DNA from: an archaeon
GTDB lineage: Archaea; Iainarchaeota; Iainarchaeia; Iainarchaeales; 1-14-0-10-31-34
Assembly (NCBI GenBank): GCA_043819075.1
Contig: JBDRFE010000073.1
Coordinates: 1-45,034 of the forward strand
Length of the DNA stretch: 45,034 bases
Direction of reading: 5' to 3'
A program made the position numbers and the translations under genes. Every line of letters begins with the position of its first letter. Within the stretch, counting starts at the first letter, position 1. The notes under the pieces were generated by a model. That model did not search any database. It saw only the letters and a program-made list of their open reading frames with translations, and had not been told where the DNA came from. Shown here piece after piece: positions 27,101 through 36,585 of the stretch.

Positions 27101-30100
27101 CTGAATTGTCAAGCACGTCAACTGTTAAAGGAGTTGAAGCAAAAGCATTGATTTTTTCCGGAGACAAATTAATGTTCAGGTTTAAATCGCTTCTGATTCT
27201 TAATTCAAAAAAGTCTTCGTCTGCTCCAGCCAGAGAAGTTTTTATTGCAGGAACCCTGTAATTAAGGTTTTTGATTAACTTGACTGCGCTAAAGTTTGAG
27301 TCAGAGTAAACAAACTGTTTTTCTTTCAACGAAATGTTCTGGGAAAATTTTCTGCTGTTAGCTGTTCCGGTGAAACCAGAAGGATTTGATTTTGTTTTAA
27401 TCAAGTATTTTGAGAACAATAATGCATCAAGATCTTCTGACGGAATTCCTTGAACAGCAACAGAAGAGTTTTCAACAGAAAAAACAATTGCACTGTAATC
27501 CCTTTCATTGTTCAAAACAAAAGAAGTTAAATTATAGGGGCAGTTTAGTTTAATGCTTGAAACAGAGCCGAAATCTATTGCCTCACAAGAAGAATCACTT
27601 GAAAGGCTTGAAATATCATAAGAATAGCAGAATCCTTCAGGGCATAATTCCAGTTCGGCTGTTTTTTGGTTAGAGTAAGTGTAAGCCTGAAGTGAAGAAA
27701 ATTCCCTTGAATCCAATGGATCCAAAAAGTATTCAAGCGAGTTCCTGTCCTGTACTGCCATTGCCTTGAAAAAAACAACTAAATTATTTGCATCCAAAAG
27801 GTTTTCCCTGAACTTTATTTTAAAAGAAAAAACAAAAGCTGTTTCATCAAACTCTTTTTCATCAAAGTCATCGAATTCAACTAAAACAGCTTTTGCATTG
27901 CCATTAGTTGAATTTGAAACAAAGTCAGTGTCATAGTTTCCTGTAAAAGAAGTTGTCTTTTTTACATCAAAGTAATCAAGCAAACTGTTTTCAAAGCCGG
28001 AAATATATAATGAATCGTTTTGCATTGAATTAGCTGTTCCAGTTCCCACAAGGAAATTAAAATAAAATGCACTTGGATTGGCTGTAACATAAAAGTCAGC
28101 TGAATACTCTTTGGTTAAATCAATTCCTTCAGCTTGTTTCCCGTTTTCATTGAATAACCCGAGGAATTCAATTGAAACAGGATTGTCTTCATCTAATTCG
28201 GCAAGGAAAACTTTTACAGTTGTTTTTGTTTTAGCTGTTACCTTAAAGTTTTTTGTTCTGGTTGTATGGTATCCGTCAAGAGAGATTACAGCAAAATAGT
28301 TTCCTGCATCAAAAGAATAAATATTGTTTTCATCTACAACAAAATCTGTTTCAGGGATTTTTGTTGATGTTAAGGCATCAAAGAATTCAGCTTCAAATTC
28401 ATCTAGTTCCAAGCTTGAACCTAATTCAGTTACCTTTAATTCAACAAAGCCCCTTGACTTCAGCATGTTCACAGAAAACTCTGTTAGTTTGTTTGCGTCA
28501 ACTGCTTTTGAAACAGACAAGCCTTTTTGTTCGTTTGTTAGGGCTTCAGCGTAATAGGCTCCTGGCTTGATGCCAGAAATTAATGCTTCTCCGTTAAAGT
28601 TCACTGAAGCAGAATAAGCCCTTAAATCCTTTAAGTTTCCTGAAGCATGCCTTAAATAGACTTTTGCAGGTGAAGCTGAATGGCCTGTAAAATCAAATAC
28701 CTTGATTAAAGCTTTACCTGATGTTAGTTCAGTTGCTTGGGTTAATTCAACTGTTAAAGAATCTCCTTTGTGCAGGATTTTTTCCCCTTCATAAGGCAAG
28801 TAGCCGTCGCTTGAAACAATTACAATATAGTCTCCGTCAGATACACTAAAAGAAGTGCTTGAAAAACCTGTTTTTTTTGAAACAAACTCAAACCTTGAAT
28901 CCTTTTTCTTTCTTAACTCAATTGAAGAAACCAATGGCTGGCCTGAAGACTTGTCTTTTACAATAACTGAAATAGTGTCAGCTGAAGCAGGAATACAAAT
29001 TACGTTAAAAGAAATTTCTTCATCCACATTCAGCTCTTTTGTTTGTGAAGGGCTTTCACAAGAATATTTTTCCGGGTCAGATGAATCAAATACAGAAATA
29101 AAATAATTTCCTGGAACAACAGTTAAGTCTTTTGTGCCGGAATAAACTGAAACAGAATCCATTACAGGGTTATCTGGATCGCTTTCCTCAAACAATGAAA
29201 GCTTTAAAGTGTCCTGGATTAATTCATTTGATGAATTAAACAATTTTACATGAATTTTTCCTGTATCAGCCTGTTTTTCTATAAGGTAAACCGTGTCAGA
29301 AGAAAGCACTTCTTTTATTATGTCTTCAAAAGAGCTTGACCGCACACTAACCAAAACATCACCGCATTCAGCCTGGATTAATTTCAATTGCAGGCTGCCA
29401 GAACTAATGCTTACATCCAAATGCGTTTCATTCACTATTTCCATTGAAGAACTGTCTTCAGAGCACTCAAATTGAACCCTCAATAATTCTGTCACAAGCC
29501 TTCCTCTTTTGTCCTTGAATCTAATTGTCTTGGTTGTCGTTGTCCCTGCAAGAGAAACAGTTTTTTTCTTTAATTCAATTAAAAGAATGTTTTCTTTTTT
29601 TTCCAGTTTAACTAATTTATTGAAGTCTTCAAAGCCTTGAACGCCGATTACTTCTATTTTTACCGTTGAATTCAGTTCAAGCTCATCCAAAAAAACCTGC
29701 GCAATAGAATCAGTCACAAAAACCTGCTTGTTTGCATCAATCCAGACAAAAATTTCATAGCCGGAAAAAATTTCAGCTGAATCCTCTCCCGCAAGATTTA
29801 TCGTCAAAGATGCTTTTTCCTGAGGCAACACAACAACAGAAGAAAGCAATAGAATTAACAGTATCAAAATTATTCCTGAAAACAATACAAAAGAAGGAAT
29901 TATTTCGTCTATTGGGTCAATTACCTTGTAGACCGGAATTATTTCATTTAATTTGTCTAAAACAGAATAGTATTTGTCTTCAAAAAAATAATAAAAATTT
30001 GAAAGCATTTCTTTTAAACCAACAGAAGGCTTTCCAGCATTAATTTTTTCTTCTTTATTCAGGAAGTCTTTTTTCTGTTCAATCGGCTTTGTTTTTTCCT

Positions 30101-30368
30101 GAACAGGTTTCATGGTTTCAACAAGCTTTGCTTCTTTTTTATTTATAATTTCCTGCAAAGCTTTTGATGCTTTTTCCTCTTTGCTTTCCTGCAAGCCGGC
30201 TGTTTCCTTAACCGGAGATTCTTTTTTCTGCCATGGAAACTTAAACTCTTTTTTCTGCTTAAGCTGTTTTGCTTTTTCTTCAGCTTGTTCTGGCACTGCT
30301 TTTTCAGGCTGTTTTTTCTTTACAAGCCCTTTCAATGCCTTTAATTCTTCTTCTAAAGCCATTACCAT
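24174..30368 (-). CDS. Giant (2064 aa) single-pass surface protein with tandem beta-sandwich domains
   Basis: Lys/Glu-rich N-terminus and a TM at about aa 157-182. Carboxypeptidase-regulatory/CnaB-like repeats (PGNYFISV, DGDYIVIVSSDGY, PGAYYAEA, AGNYFAVISLDGY) and a Cys-containing C-terminal domain. Confidence 0.88.
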   Translation of the reverse strand: MVMALEEELKALKGLVKKKQPEKAVPEQAEEKAKQLKQKKEFKFPWQKKESPVKETAGLQESKEEKASKALQEIINKKEAKLVETMKPVQEKTKPIEQKKDFLNKEEKINAGKPSVGLKEMLSNFYYFFEDKYYSVLDKLNEIIPVYKVIDPIDEIIPSFVLFSGIILILLILLLSSVVVLPQEKASLTINLAGEDSAEIFSGYEIFVWIDANKQVFVTDSIAQVFLDELELNSTVKIEVIGVQGFEDFNKLVKLEKKENILLIELKKKTVSLAGTTTTKTIRFKDKRGRLVTELLRVQFECSEDSSSMEIVNETHLDVSISSGSLQLKLIQAECGDVLVSVRSSSFEDIIKEVLSSDTVYLIEKQADTGKIHVKLFNSSNELIQDTLKLSLFEESDPDNPVMDSVSVYSGTKDLTVVPGNYFISVFDSSDPEKYSCESPSQTKELNVDEEISFNVICIPASADTISVIVKDKSSGQPLVSSIELRKKKDSRFEFVSKKTGFSSTSFSVSDGDYIVIVSSDGYLPYEGEKILHKGDSLTVELTQATELTSGKALIKVFDFTGHSASPAKVYLRHASGNLKDLRAYSASVNFNGEALISGIKPGAYYAEALTNEQKGLSVSKAVDANKLTEFSVNMLKSRGFVELKVTELGSSLELDEFEAEFFDALTSTKIPETDFVVDENNIYSFDAGNYFAVISLDGYHTTRTKNFKVTAKTKTTVKVFLAELDEDNPVSIEFLGLFNENGKQAEGIDLTKEYSADFYVTANPSAFYFNFLVGTGTANSMQNDSLYISGFENSLLDYFDVKKTTSFTGNYDTDFVSNSTNGNAKAVLVEFDDFDEKEFDETAFVFSFKIKFRENLLDANNLVVFFKAMAVQDRNSLEYFLDPLDSREFSSLQAYTYSNQKTAELELCPEGFCYSYDISSLSSDSSCEAIDFGSVSSIKLNCPYNLTSFVLNNERDYSAIVFSVENSSVAVQGIPSEDLDALLFSKYLIKTKSNPSGFTGTANSRKFSQNISLKEKQFVYSDSNFSAVKLIKNLNYRVPAIKTSLAGADEDFFELRIRSDLNLNINLSPEKINAFASTPLTVDVLDNSGNPVENSLVSVSIDGVQHSSKETDSSGTAVFDASNEIPELYPLTLIEIKAEQSDATALREILVSDANTFSFSSGQLLFAFTPDETAVKSKELVFSDLSNGKLNQEIIGYSIDFSYSDFFDENSLSSWQGNFSSSGKKITLNLSLDTEKTLLLTQNLSVDANLVLIMKINSFVFDKTIPFTVLINSGSDFVSAYFPVSGPEISSLNPILASLFSDESFSSAKFSMKRKNTNAGEIRITGVELQSSSTNLNLTRMLELLKQNTGLVVSSGTGLILDFNALLRTGFSPVVKSAETGKIIFIFDVSGKPDFIALPFRTEIVPEKDALVSVPSRLEYVFYLQQNSPERIAQTVNFKSSFSDFNAVINSINFDLNSTFVLPQQIQVPFNASGAGKDINFVLILTQEGKALETSRSVTGYIKLNYSVKGRNLTTNIPVKISILSVPGEIASEAFDLKACLGEGSLNQRKGDFDVSFWLGCTIGEGSSIISSRDCSTELPKIKLDWKFDVFKVSSFDAKGFCTKQNLAETNYYYCDASQFSMELVDRIIKFRQSDSSRVGSFDFNATLISDNYSSEFFSDFDFWAMKTNESFDTPTKYLNEASEADYSVVRKYFAENKIDFSVRNAVGTEIQPGWYHVTVSVEPERLGIELFLIKSSADLEQEMLSEDSVFYYIPFDGKIGLKENTFNRINYGSSFDVSSISNKFNVNDSYSIYSSPNLSAYSVLWLRQFDSFNELNSGLYKGTLMELARDTTTNLRTIKFYPSYATPLLLKAELSRQAEPAAIYYAVYSSQLEKELISADNLISWNGLGSSCLDFTGSPVGFYSDRKAEPMDTPNLGQNNLANVFKLSWNNASLTGKTFLNSVVYSPVNVPVSYLRLIPFAVRSNNPFSSTVLYSKNDLSSRSDQNWIALQGVQGVTELKFNSAPNDNADSLRDLFDLIKSGYACVKNQENFSYILWNEEKLLQELDSRQTDLSIDSACIQQ

Positions 30369-31981
30369 AACCTCTTCCAGGTAAAGAAATCAAAAGCAAA
30401 ATTCTCACAAGAACTTTCACTTGAATTGCATACAGTGAACTGAATTTTATAAAAAAAGTTTGGATAAAGCTCTGCATTAAGTTCAGCTGAAAAAACTCCG
30501 TCAGAAAAAAGCCTTTTTTTTGGCACTCCAAGTTCATCCAAATCAATGAATTCAATCTGGTTTGAAACAGAATTAGTTATTTTAATGTCCTTGATTATTC
30601 CAGTGCTTACAGTCCTTATTCTTCCGTTAAACGGGATAGCCATTAACTGCCTCTGGTTTAAAACACATGCATTGTTTTTTGAATAAAAAAGTTTTCCTGA
30701 AAGTTTCACCCTGTCAAAAAACCACGCTGGATTCCAGACATTAACATCAAGAGTTCTTGCAGTCATTGAAATCTGTTCCTCTGATTCATCAGTTAATTCA
30801 GTTCCGTTTCCTTTAATTCTGCAGCCAGAAACATTAATGTCTGATAAAGCAGTATATTTTGTTCCTGCAAAAAAAACAAGGTCTTCCAAGACTTTTGCTT
30901 TTATTTCAATATTTCTTGCACTAACAAGTTTTGGGGCAAAACCAGTTAAAACTGGAAGAGAAAAATCCGCTGTAGAACTTCCGGCAGAACCATGTCTTCC
31001 ATCAGCACCGTTACACCCACACATACCGCCGTCATCTGTTCCTTTTGCCCCTCTGGTGCCTGCTACCCCTCTGTTCAAGAAAACCCTTATTTCAGCTGAA
31101 TCATTTGTTAAATTATTTATTAATATTTTTCCTGTTGAATTGCCTCCATTGCCGCCGTCTCCGCCATCATGGGCTCCGCCACAACTACCATTGTCTCCTC
31201 CTTCTCCACCGTGTCCGCCACCGCCACCAGAAGCATTAAAATTAACCAAGCCAGTTACAGCAAAAAGGTTTTCAACTTCAATTAAAGCAGCATTTCCTCC
31301 GTTACCGCCATTGCCTCCTCGAATTGCTTCCTGCCCATCACCTTCACAAGGAGAACCTTGGTCTTCATTACATCCATAAGCTCCTACCCCCCCGTCGCCG
31401 CCATTAGCAGAAAAATTTACGTCATCAAAAACAAAAACGTTTTTCATCAAAAGATTTCCTGCATTGCCTCCGGGTTTTGCATATCTGTGGCTGGAATCAT
31501 TGTCAATACTGCATTTAAAGTTATAATTACCGCATTTGCCGCAATCACCTTCATCATCTGGTCCGTGCCAGGAACCATTTGCTCCGTTTAGCCCAGAAGA
31601 AGAAATAACTGAATTGCCTTGAATGAATAAATTTGAGTCAATAATCAAATTTTTTCCTTGTGAATCAATTTTAGCCGGCTTTGCATAAATTCCCTGCATT
31701 AAAACAACAATGTTTGAGTCAATTTTCAGGTCAGCTCCGTCAGGATTGAATAAAGTTGAACCTTCATGCAGCACAATATGAATCTGTTTTTCAGAAGAAG
31801 GGTCTCTTCTGATGACTTCAGTCGCATAAACAATTGAATCTTCTTTTATGTTCACAACAAAATGCGTTGCATTAGAGTCAACGAAAACACCTGAATCGGT
31901 TGTATAATTTAATCCAAGAATCTCAAGGGAAAAAGCGCTTGCAGAAAAAAACAGCAGGAAAAGCAATACAAGTTTTTTCAT
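30362..31981 (-). CDS. Secreted glycine-rich (GGxGGxGG) Cys-containing protein
   Basis: ATG 31981 (MKKLVLL...SAFS signal peptide) overlaps the upstream stop (ATGA); repeated GGNGGNGG/GGDGG blocks. Confidence 0.85.
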   Translation of the reverse strand: MKKLVLLFLLFFSASAFSLEILGLNYTTDSGVFVDSNATHFVVNIKEDSIVYATEVIRRDPSSEKQIHIVLHEGSTLFNPDGADLKIDSNIVVLMQGIYAKPAKIDSQGKNLIIDSNLFIQGNSVISSSGLNGANGSWHGPDDEGDCGKCGNYNFKCSIDNDSSHRYAKPGGNAGNLLMKNVFVFDDVNFSANGGDGGVGAYGCNEDQGSPCEGDGQEAIRGGNGGNGGNAALIEVENLFAVTGLVNFNASGGGGGHGGEGGDNGSCGGAHDGGDGGNGGNSTGKILINNLTNDSAEIRVFLNRGVAGTRGAKGTDDGGMCGCNGADGRHGSAGSSTADFSLPVLTGFAPKLVSARNIEIKAKVLEDLVFFAGTKYTALSDINVSGCRIKGNGTELTDESEEQISMTARTLDVNVWNPAWFFDRVKLSGKLFYSKNNACVLNQRQLMAIPFNGRIRTVSTGIIKDIKITNSVSNQIEFIDLDELGVPKKRLFSDGVFSAELNAELYPNFFYKIQFTVCNSSESSCENFAFDFFTWKRLW

Positions 31982-33414
31982 TGGCTTCCGCACCCCTGTT
32001 CCTGGTAGTCAATTAAATTAAATCCTGCCTGCTGTACATCAGACAAAATAACTGGCTGCAAAGAATTAATTGCAAAACTGAATAAATAAGTGAAAGGCCC
32101 CAAGCCAAACTCTGTGTTAGAAAAAACACTTGTGTTTTTTCCAAAAGAAAAATTAAAGAAACCATTAGAAAAATCAAGCTGGCCTGAATTAGAAGCAATT
32201 CTTTCAGTTGAATTAATCAAATCTTTTTCAAGCAAAAAATCTGAAAGTTTTCCTGAAAGAAGCTGTCCATCAAAAGTTTTTGCTGTGCCGGTTAAAGAAA
32301 AAATCAGTTTAGTGCTTGTCAAGCCGGTTGTTTCATAACAGTCGCAGTTAAGTTTTGGGTTGATTGGAGTTTGGGTTGCAGCACAAGCCTGATTGTTAAG
32401 CAAGTCAAGTGAATCATTAGAATAAACTTTAATTTTTTCTGCATTACAGGAAACAAATTCAAGGTTTTTTAAATTACAGCCTTTGATTGAAGCAACTCCA
32501 TTATTTAAGTCAGCTGAATTAACTCCGGTTCCTTTAACAGAAATAAAGCTTATTTTTGGCGCTCCAGAAACAGTTGAATCAAGTATTGTTATTTTTCCCG
32601 GGGTTCCGGCATAACCCTGCCTTCCGTTGTCGTAACCTGACAGGCCAGTTCCTCCATTGCCGCCATTGCCTCCGGAAGAATCAAAAATAATCTGCGAAGA
32701 ACTTGCCAAAGTTAAATAATTCAGTTCAATTCCGCCTGCAAAACTTCCGTTGCCACCATTTGTTGCATCTCCTACATTGCAGTCCCCTGAAAGAAAACCG
32801 TCAGCTCCGTTTCCGCCATTGCCTCCGGAAGAATCTAGGGTTAAAACAGAATTATCTGAAACAAAAGTTGTTCCTTTAACAAAAATATTGGCTGGGTTTC
32901 CTGCGTTTTGCCCGCTTGTGTTAGAACAGTCTAAAACATTTTTGACTCCATTAACTCCGTCTGCACCAGAAGAAACTATTTTCGCTGAATTCTTTGAAGT
33001 TAAATTCCCCTGAATTACCAAATCAACTGCATTTTTGTTTGATGCAGTTAAATTAATTGAAGCATTGTCAAGGATTAAGCCGGAAATTTCCGGGCCAAAA
33101 TTAAGTTCATGCGAAAGGTTTGCTCCGATAAAACTGCAGTCAGTTCCGGAAACACATGGTTTCAGGACGTAATTGTTTGACAATTTTACAAAATAAGTGT
33201 AATCGGGATCTGGGTTAATTACATAAATGAAATAAGAATAAACAAAAACCGTGTTTGTTCCGGCTGCTTCAGGTACAAGAACAAAAGTAACTGTTTTTGC
33301 GCTTGCGTCAGTTACTGTAGTGTAAGATGCACTGGTGAATCCAGCCAAGTCAGCTGAAAACACATTGGATAAAAGCATTAAGAAAAAAAACAAAAAAAAC
33401 ATTTTTTTATGCAT
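31978..33414 (-). CDS. Secreted glycine-rich protein, paralog of 30362..31981
   Basis: Signal peptide ending NVFS|A; DSSGGNGGNG occurs twice; motif order shared with its neighbour. Confidence 0.85.
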   Translation of the reverse strand: MHKKMFFLFFFLMLLSNVFSADLAGFTSASYTTVTDASAKTVTFVLVPEAAGTNTVFVYSYFIYVINPDPDYTYFVKLSNNYVLKPCVSGTDCSFIGANLSHELNFGPEISGLILDNASINLTASNKNAVDLVIQGNLTSKNSAKIVSSGADGVNGVKNVLDCSNTSGQNAGNPANIFVKGTTFVSDNSVLTLDSSGGNGGNGADGFLSGDCNVGDATNGGNGSFAGGIELNYLTLASSSQIIFDSSGGNGGNGGTGLSGYDNGRQGYAGTPGKITILDSTVSGAPKISFISVKGTGVNSADLNNGVASIKGCNLKNLEFVSCNAEKIKVYSNDSLDLLNNQACAATQTPINPKLNCDCYETTGLTSTKLIFSLTGTAKTFDGQLLSGKLSDFLLEKDLINSTERIASNSGQLDFSNGFFNFSFGKNTSVFSNTEFGLGPFTYLFSFAINSLQPVILSDVQQAGFNLIDYQEQGCGSQ

Positions 33415-33521
33415 AATTATTTCTGGCTCCTTAAATGGCTAATTGATTCAATAAAAATACAGTGTTGGAATATAAAAAAGTAATGGAATTGCAGAAACAC
33501 ATCTTTTTCTAAGACATTTTT

Positions 33522-34139
33522 TTAATACCTTTTTTTGTCATAGTATTCATCAATCAAGTTTCTGACTTTAGTTTCACCTATTATTGACCCATTTTTATTC
33601 AAAGTTCTCAAAATATCCGCAACAGACATTCTTTTTTCAATCATTGACTCAACCAATTCAGTTATGTGTTGAGGGATAAGCAGTCTGTATCCTCCTTTTT
33701 TTTGATTGACAGAACGGTCGGCTTGTGCATTAGCCATATCATTTTCTGAATAAATTTTAAACTTCCTGTTAACATAATTCACAAAAGTTTGAGTTGCTTG
33801 AAACCCGTCTTTATTCATTTCTTTTTTAATCAAGCTAAAGGATTTTAATTGAGATGTTTTTTTTGATCCACACAACCTGTTTATACATTCTATATGGCTT
33901 TGAATAGGCAATGTTTTTCCGTGTTTGGCACCGCAAAAAAAGTTAAACAAAGAAGATTGAATTTCACGCGGGACACTTGCACTAAAAAAAGAAAAAAAGT
34001 TTTCTTTTGAAACAACAGTCTGGGGCATGATTTTAACAAGTCTGGTTGCCTGCTTTCTCCTTCCAGCTGTTTTTTTTGTAACAGCCTTAGTAACAGGTCT
34101 TTTTCTTCCCAAATACTTTTTTGCAACGAATTTTGGCAT
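33522..34139 (-). CDS. Hypothetical basic protein with a possible C-terminal helix-turn-helix
   Basis: Lys/Arg-rich N-terminus; SVADILRTLNKNGSIIGETKVRNLI; TTTTATAAAA 22-31 nt upstream of the ATG. Confidence 0.7.
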   Translation of the reverse strand: MPKFVAKKYLGRKRPVTKAVTKKTAGRRKQATRLVKIMPQTVVSKENFFSFFSASVPREIQSSLFNFFCGAKHGKTLPIQSHIECINRLCGSKKTSQLKSFSLIKKEMNKDGFQATQTFVNYVNRKFKIYSENDMANAQADRSVNQKKGGYRLLIPQHITELVESMIEKRMSVADILRTLNKNGSIIGETKVRNLIDEYYDKKRY

Positions 34140-34180
34140 AACAAAAAATAGTTCTTCTGTTTTTATAAAACTTGTGCCTT

Positions 34181-36337
34181 TTAGTAATCAGACAAGTTTG
34201 TCTGCGCAGAAAAAGAGTCTTTTGCAGAAGAAAGCTCTTTTTCAGAAACTTTTTCTCCCAGCTGTTTTTTAACTTTTAATGCAGTCTCTTTGCCGATTAA
34301 GCCGGATAAATCGTTTAAGCTGGCTTTTTTCAGCAAAAAAACAGATGAAATGCTTGAATTAAATAATTTTCTTGCCCTAACCCTTCCAATGCCTTTTAGT
34401 TCAGTAAGCAACAAGAGTTCTTCTTTTACTCCATATTTCATTCTCTTCCTTAATTTTGCTAAAACTGCCACAAAAGGCTTGCTGCCTGAAATCAATGCAA
34501 GCTCTGAAATGCAGTACAAAAGCCAGTCAGCAACCATTAACTTTGAGTGAAGTATTCCTGGCTGGACATTAAATTCTTTTCGCAGATTTTCTTCCGGAGT
34601 TTCCTGAATCCAGTTGCTTAACAGCAAAGCAGAATTATATTTTTTCAGCAAGGAAACATCAGAATACATTGCTTCTTCAAAACTTATTGGAAGGTCTTCC
34701 TGGTTAACCTGCATCTGCTGCCATAAAACTGTTTCCCTTGCTTTTGGAACAGAAAACAACGGATAAAATTCAAAAGCAGAACACAACAAAAACAAAAAAG
34801 AAAAATCAGAGAGCTTTTTCTTAAAAGAATCCAAAAACATTCTTGCAGTCAATGGATCCAAGTAAAGTTCTGCAACCCGTTTTCCAAGCAAAGTCGGCTT
34901 AAAAGATTTTTCATCTGCTTCAATAAAATTCATTTCCCTTAATTCAATTAAAACAGAATTAATTTTCAGAAAAATTTCTTCTAATCCGTGGAACTGGAAA
35001 GCATAAAAGGTTTTAGAAAAAAAGTTTTCCAAAGATTCTAAATCAAAGGCAAAACCTGTTGCAATTGCCGCAAGAACATGAGTCCTTAAAACCGGTTCAA
35101 TGCCTAATTTAGAGGAAACTTCTTCTATCTCGCCTAAAATGAATTCTTCTTTGAGTTCTTCTGCTTCAAACTCGTTTCCTGCAATCAAAATGCTCTGGCC
35201 AACTGAATCAAAGCGAGGTCTTCCGGCACGACCAGCCCACTGCTTGTATTCACGGACAGGCACTTTTTGAGAACCAAATGTAGTATACCTATAAACCGAA
35301 GGAATGATTACTCTGAACGCCGGCATATTAATTCCTGCCCCCAAAGAAGTTGTGGCAGAAACAACCTTCAAAATTCTTTTCCTGAACAAGTCTTCAACTA
35401 TTTCCCTCTGCTTTGAAAGCATTCCGGCGTTATGAAAGGCTGCTCCGGATTTAACTAAATTGGAAAGGATTCTGCATTGTTCTGTCGGGGTTTCAAGAGT
35501 GTTTAAGATTTCAAGAGATTTCTTTGACAAAAAATCTTTTTCCTTTTCCAAAAGACTTTTTTCAACGGTTTTTGCAAGCTTTTTTGCAACACCAATTGAC
35601 CTTGGGCGGGTATTGCAGAAAACCAATGCCTGTTTCTGTTTTTTTAGGCAGTCTTTTACCAGCGATTCAATTGCATCAGCTGAAGGCTCAATTTTTTCTT
35701 TTCCCCTGAGAAAATGAATCTGGTTTTCAAAAAAAACTCCTTCGCTGAGCTTTACAGGCCGAAAAGAAGATTCAATTAGTTTTGCGTTAAGCCATTCAGC
35801 TAATTCTTTTGCGTTTGGAATTGTAGCGCTTAAGCCAAGGACTTGGAGTTCAGGGTTAAGCAGCAAAAGTTTTGTAATCATTATTTCTATTGTTGGCCCC
35901 CTGTCAGAGTCAATTTCATGGATTTCATCCACAATTAATAATCCAATGGATGAAAGCCAATTCGATTTATGCCTTAATAATGATTCGGTTTTTTCATATG
36001 TGGTGAAAATGACATCATAGTTCTGCAGGTACTTTGAACTGGAATCAAAATCCCCAGTAGAAATTGTTGCCTTAATATTTAATGCCTTTGAATACTTTTT
36101 CTTGAAATCCCTGTAATGCTCTGAAGCAAGGGCTTTCAGCGGGCAGGCGTAAATCACTTTCTTTTTTTTCTTTATAACAGAATTTAATGCAGTTAATTCG
36201 CCTATAATTGTTTTGCCTGAGGCTGTTGGGGAAGAAATTATTATGCTTGAATCAAACAAGCCTGCATTAACCGCCTTTAACTGCATTGGATTGAATTCAA
36301 TTGAATTCAATTCCTTTACTTTTTGGATTACATCCAT
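34181..36337 (-). CDS. hel308: Ski2-like helicase Hel308/Hjm
   Basis: SPTASGKT, PLKALA, DEIH, LSAT, QWAGRAGRP and a C-terminal HhH GIGRVRARKL. Confidence 0.93.
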   Translation of the reverse strand: MDVIQKVKELNSIEFNPMQLKAVNAGLFDSSIIISSPTASGKTIIGELTALNSVIKKKKKVIYACPLKALASEHYRDFKKKYSKALNIKATISTGDFDSSSKYLQNYDVIFTTYEKTESLLRHKSNWLSSIGLLIVDEIHEIDSDRGPTIEIMITKLLLLNPELQVLGLSATIPNAKELAEWLNAKLIESSFRPVKLSEGVFFENQIHFLRGKEKIEPSADAIESLVKDCLKKQKQALVFCNTRPRSIGVAKKLAKTVEKSLLEKEKDFLSKKSLEILNTLETPTEQCRILSNLVKSGAAFHNAGMLSKQREIVEDLFRKRILKVVSATTSLGAGINMPAFRVIIPSVYRYTTFGSQKVPVREYKQWAGRAGRPRFDSVGQSILIAGNEFEAEELKEEFILGEIEEVSSKLGIEPVLRTHVLAAIATGFAFDLESLENFFSKTFYAFQFHGLEEIFLKINSVLIELREMNFIEADEKSFKPTLLGKRVAELYLDPLTARMFLDSFKKKLSDFSFLFLLCSAFEFYPLFSVPKARETVLWQQMQVNQEDLPISFEEAMYSDVSLLKKYNSALLLSNWIQETPEENLRKEFNVQPGILHSKLMVADWLLYCISELALISGSKPFVAVLAKLRKRMKYGVKEELLLLTELKGIGRVRARKLFNSSISSVFLLKKASLNDLSGLIGKETALKVKKQLGEKVSEKELSSAKDSFSAQTNLSDY

Positions 36338-36434
36338 TAAAGAAAAAAAACAATAAAGGGATTAAAAAAGCTTTGAAAGCTGAATGCAGGTGAAAAACGA
36401 AAACAATAAAAAGCGGTTTATACATAAAATAGTT

Positions 36435-36560
36435 ATGGATGAAAAAACAAAAAACCTGATTTTAATAGGGGTTTTTCTGGCAATAGTCATTGCTTCCCTG
36501 TATTTGGCTTACCAGAACGGAGCAATAGGAAAAGCGGTTGTTCAGGGAATTTCAAGATAA
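36435..36560 (+). CDS. 41-aa single-pass membrane microprotein (not in the ORF track)
   Basis: MDEKTKNLILIGVFLAIVIASLYLAYQNGAIGKAVVQGISR; fills the gap between hel308 and the next gene. Confidence 0.6.
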   Translation: MDEKTKNLILIGVFLAIVIASLYLAYQNGAIGKAVVQGISR

Positions 36561-36585
36561 TATATAACTTTGAAAATTATTCTCC

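Noticed and set aside
30837-33013. Pro-rich + strand ORFs, and a PE-PGRS or collagen call for the Gly-rich genes
   Set aside because: The ORFs are antisense shadows of Gly codons. There is no PE domain and no sustained Gly-X-Y periodicity.
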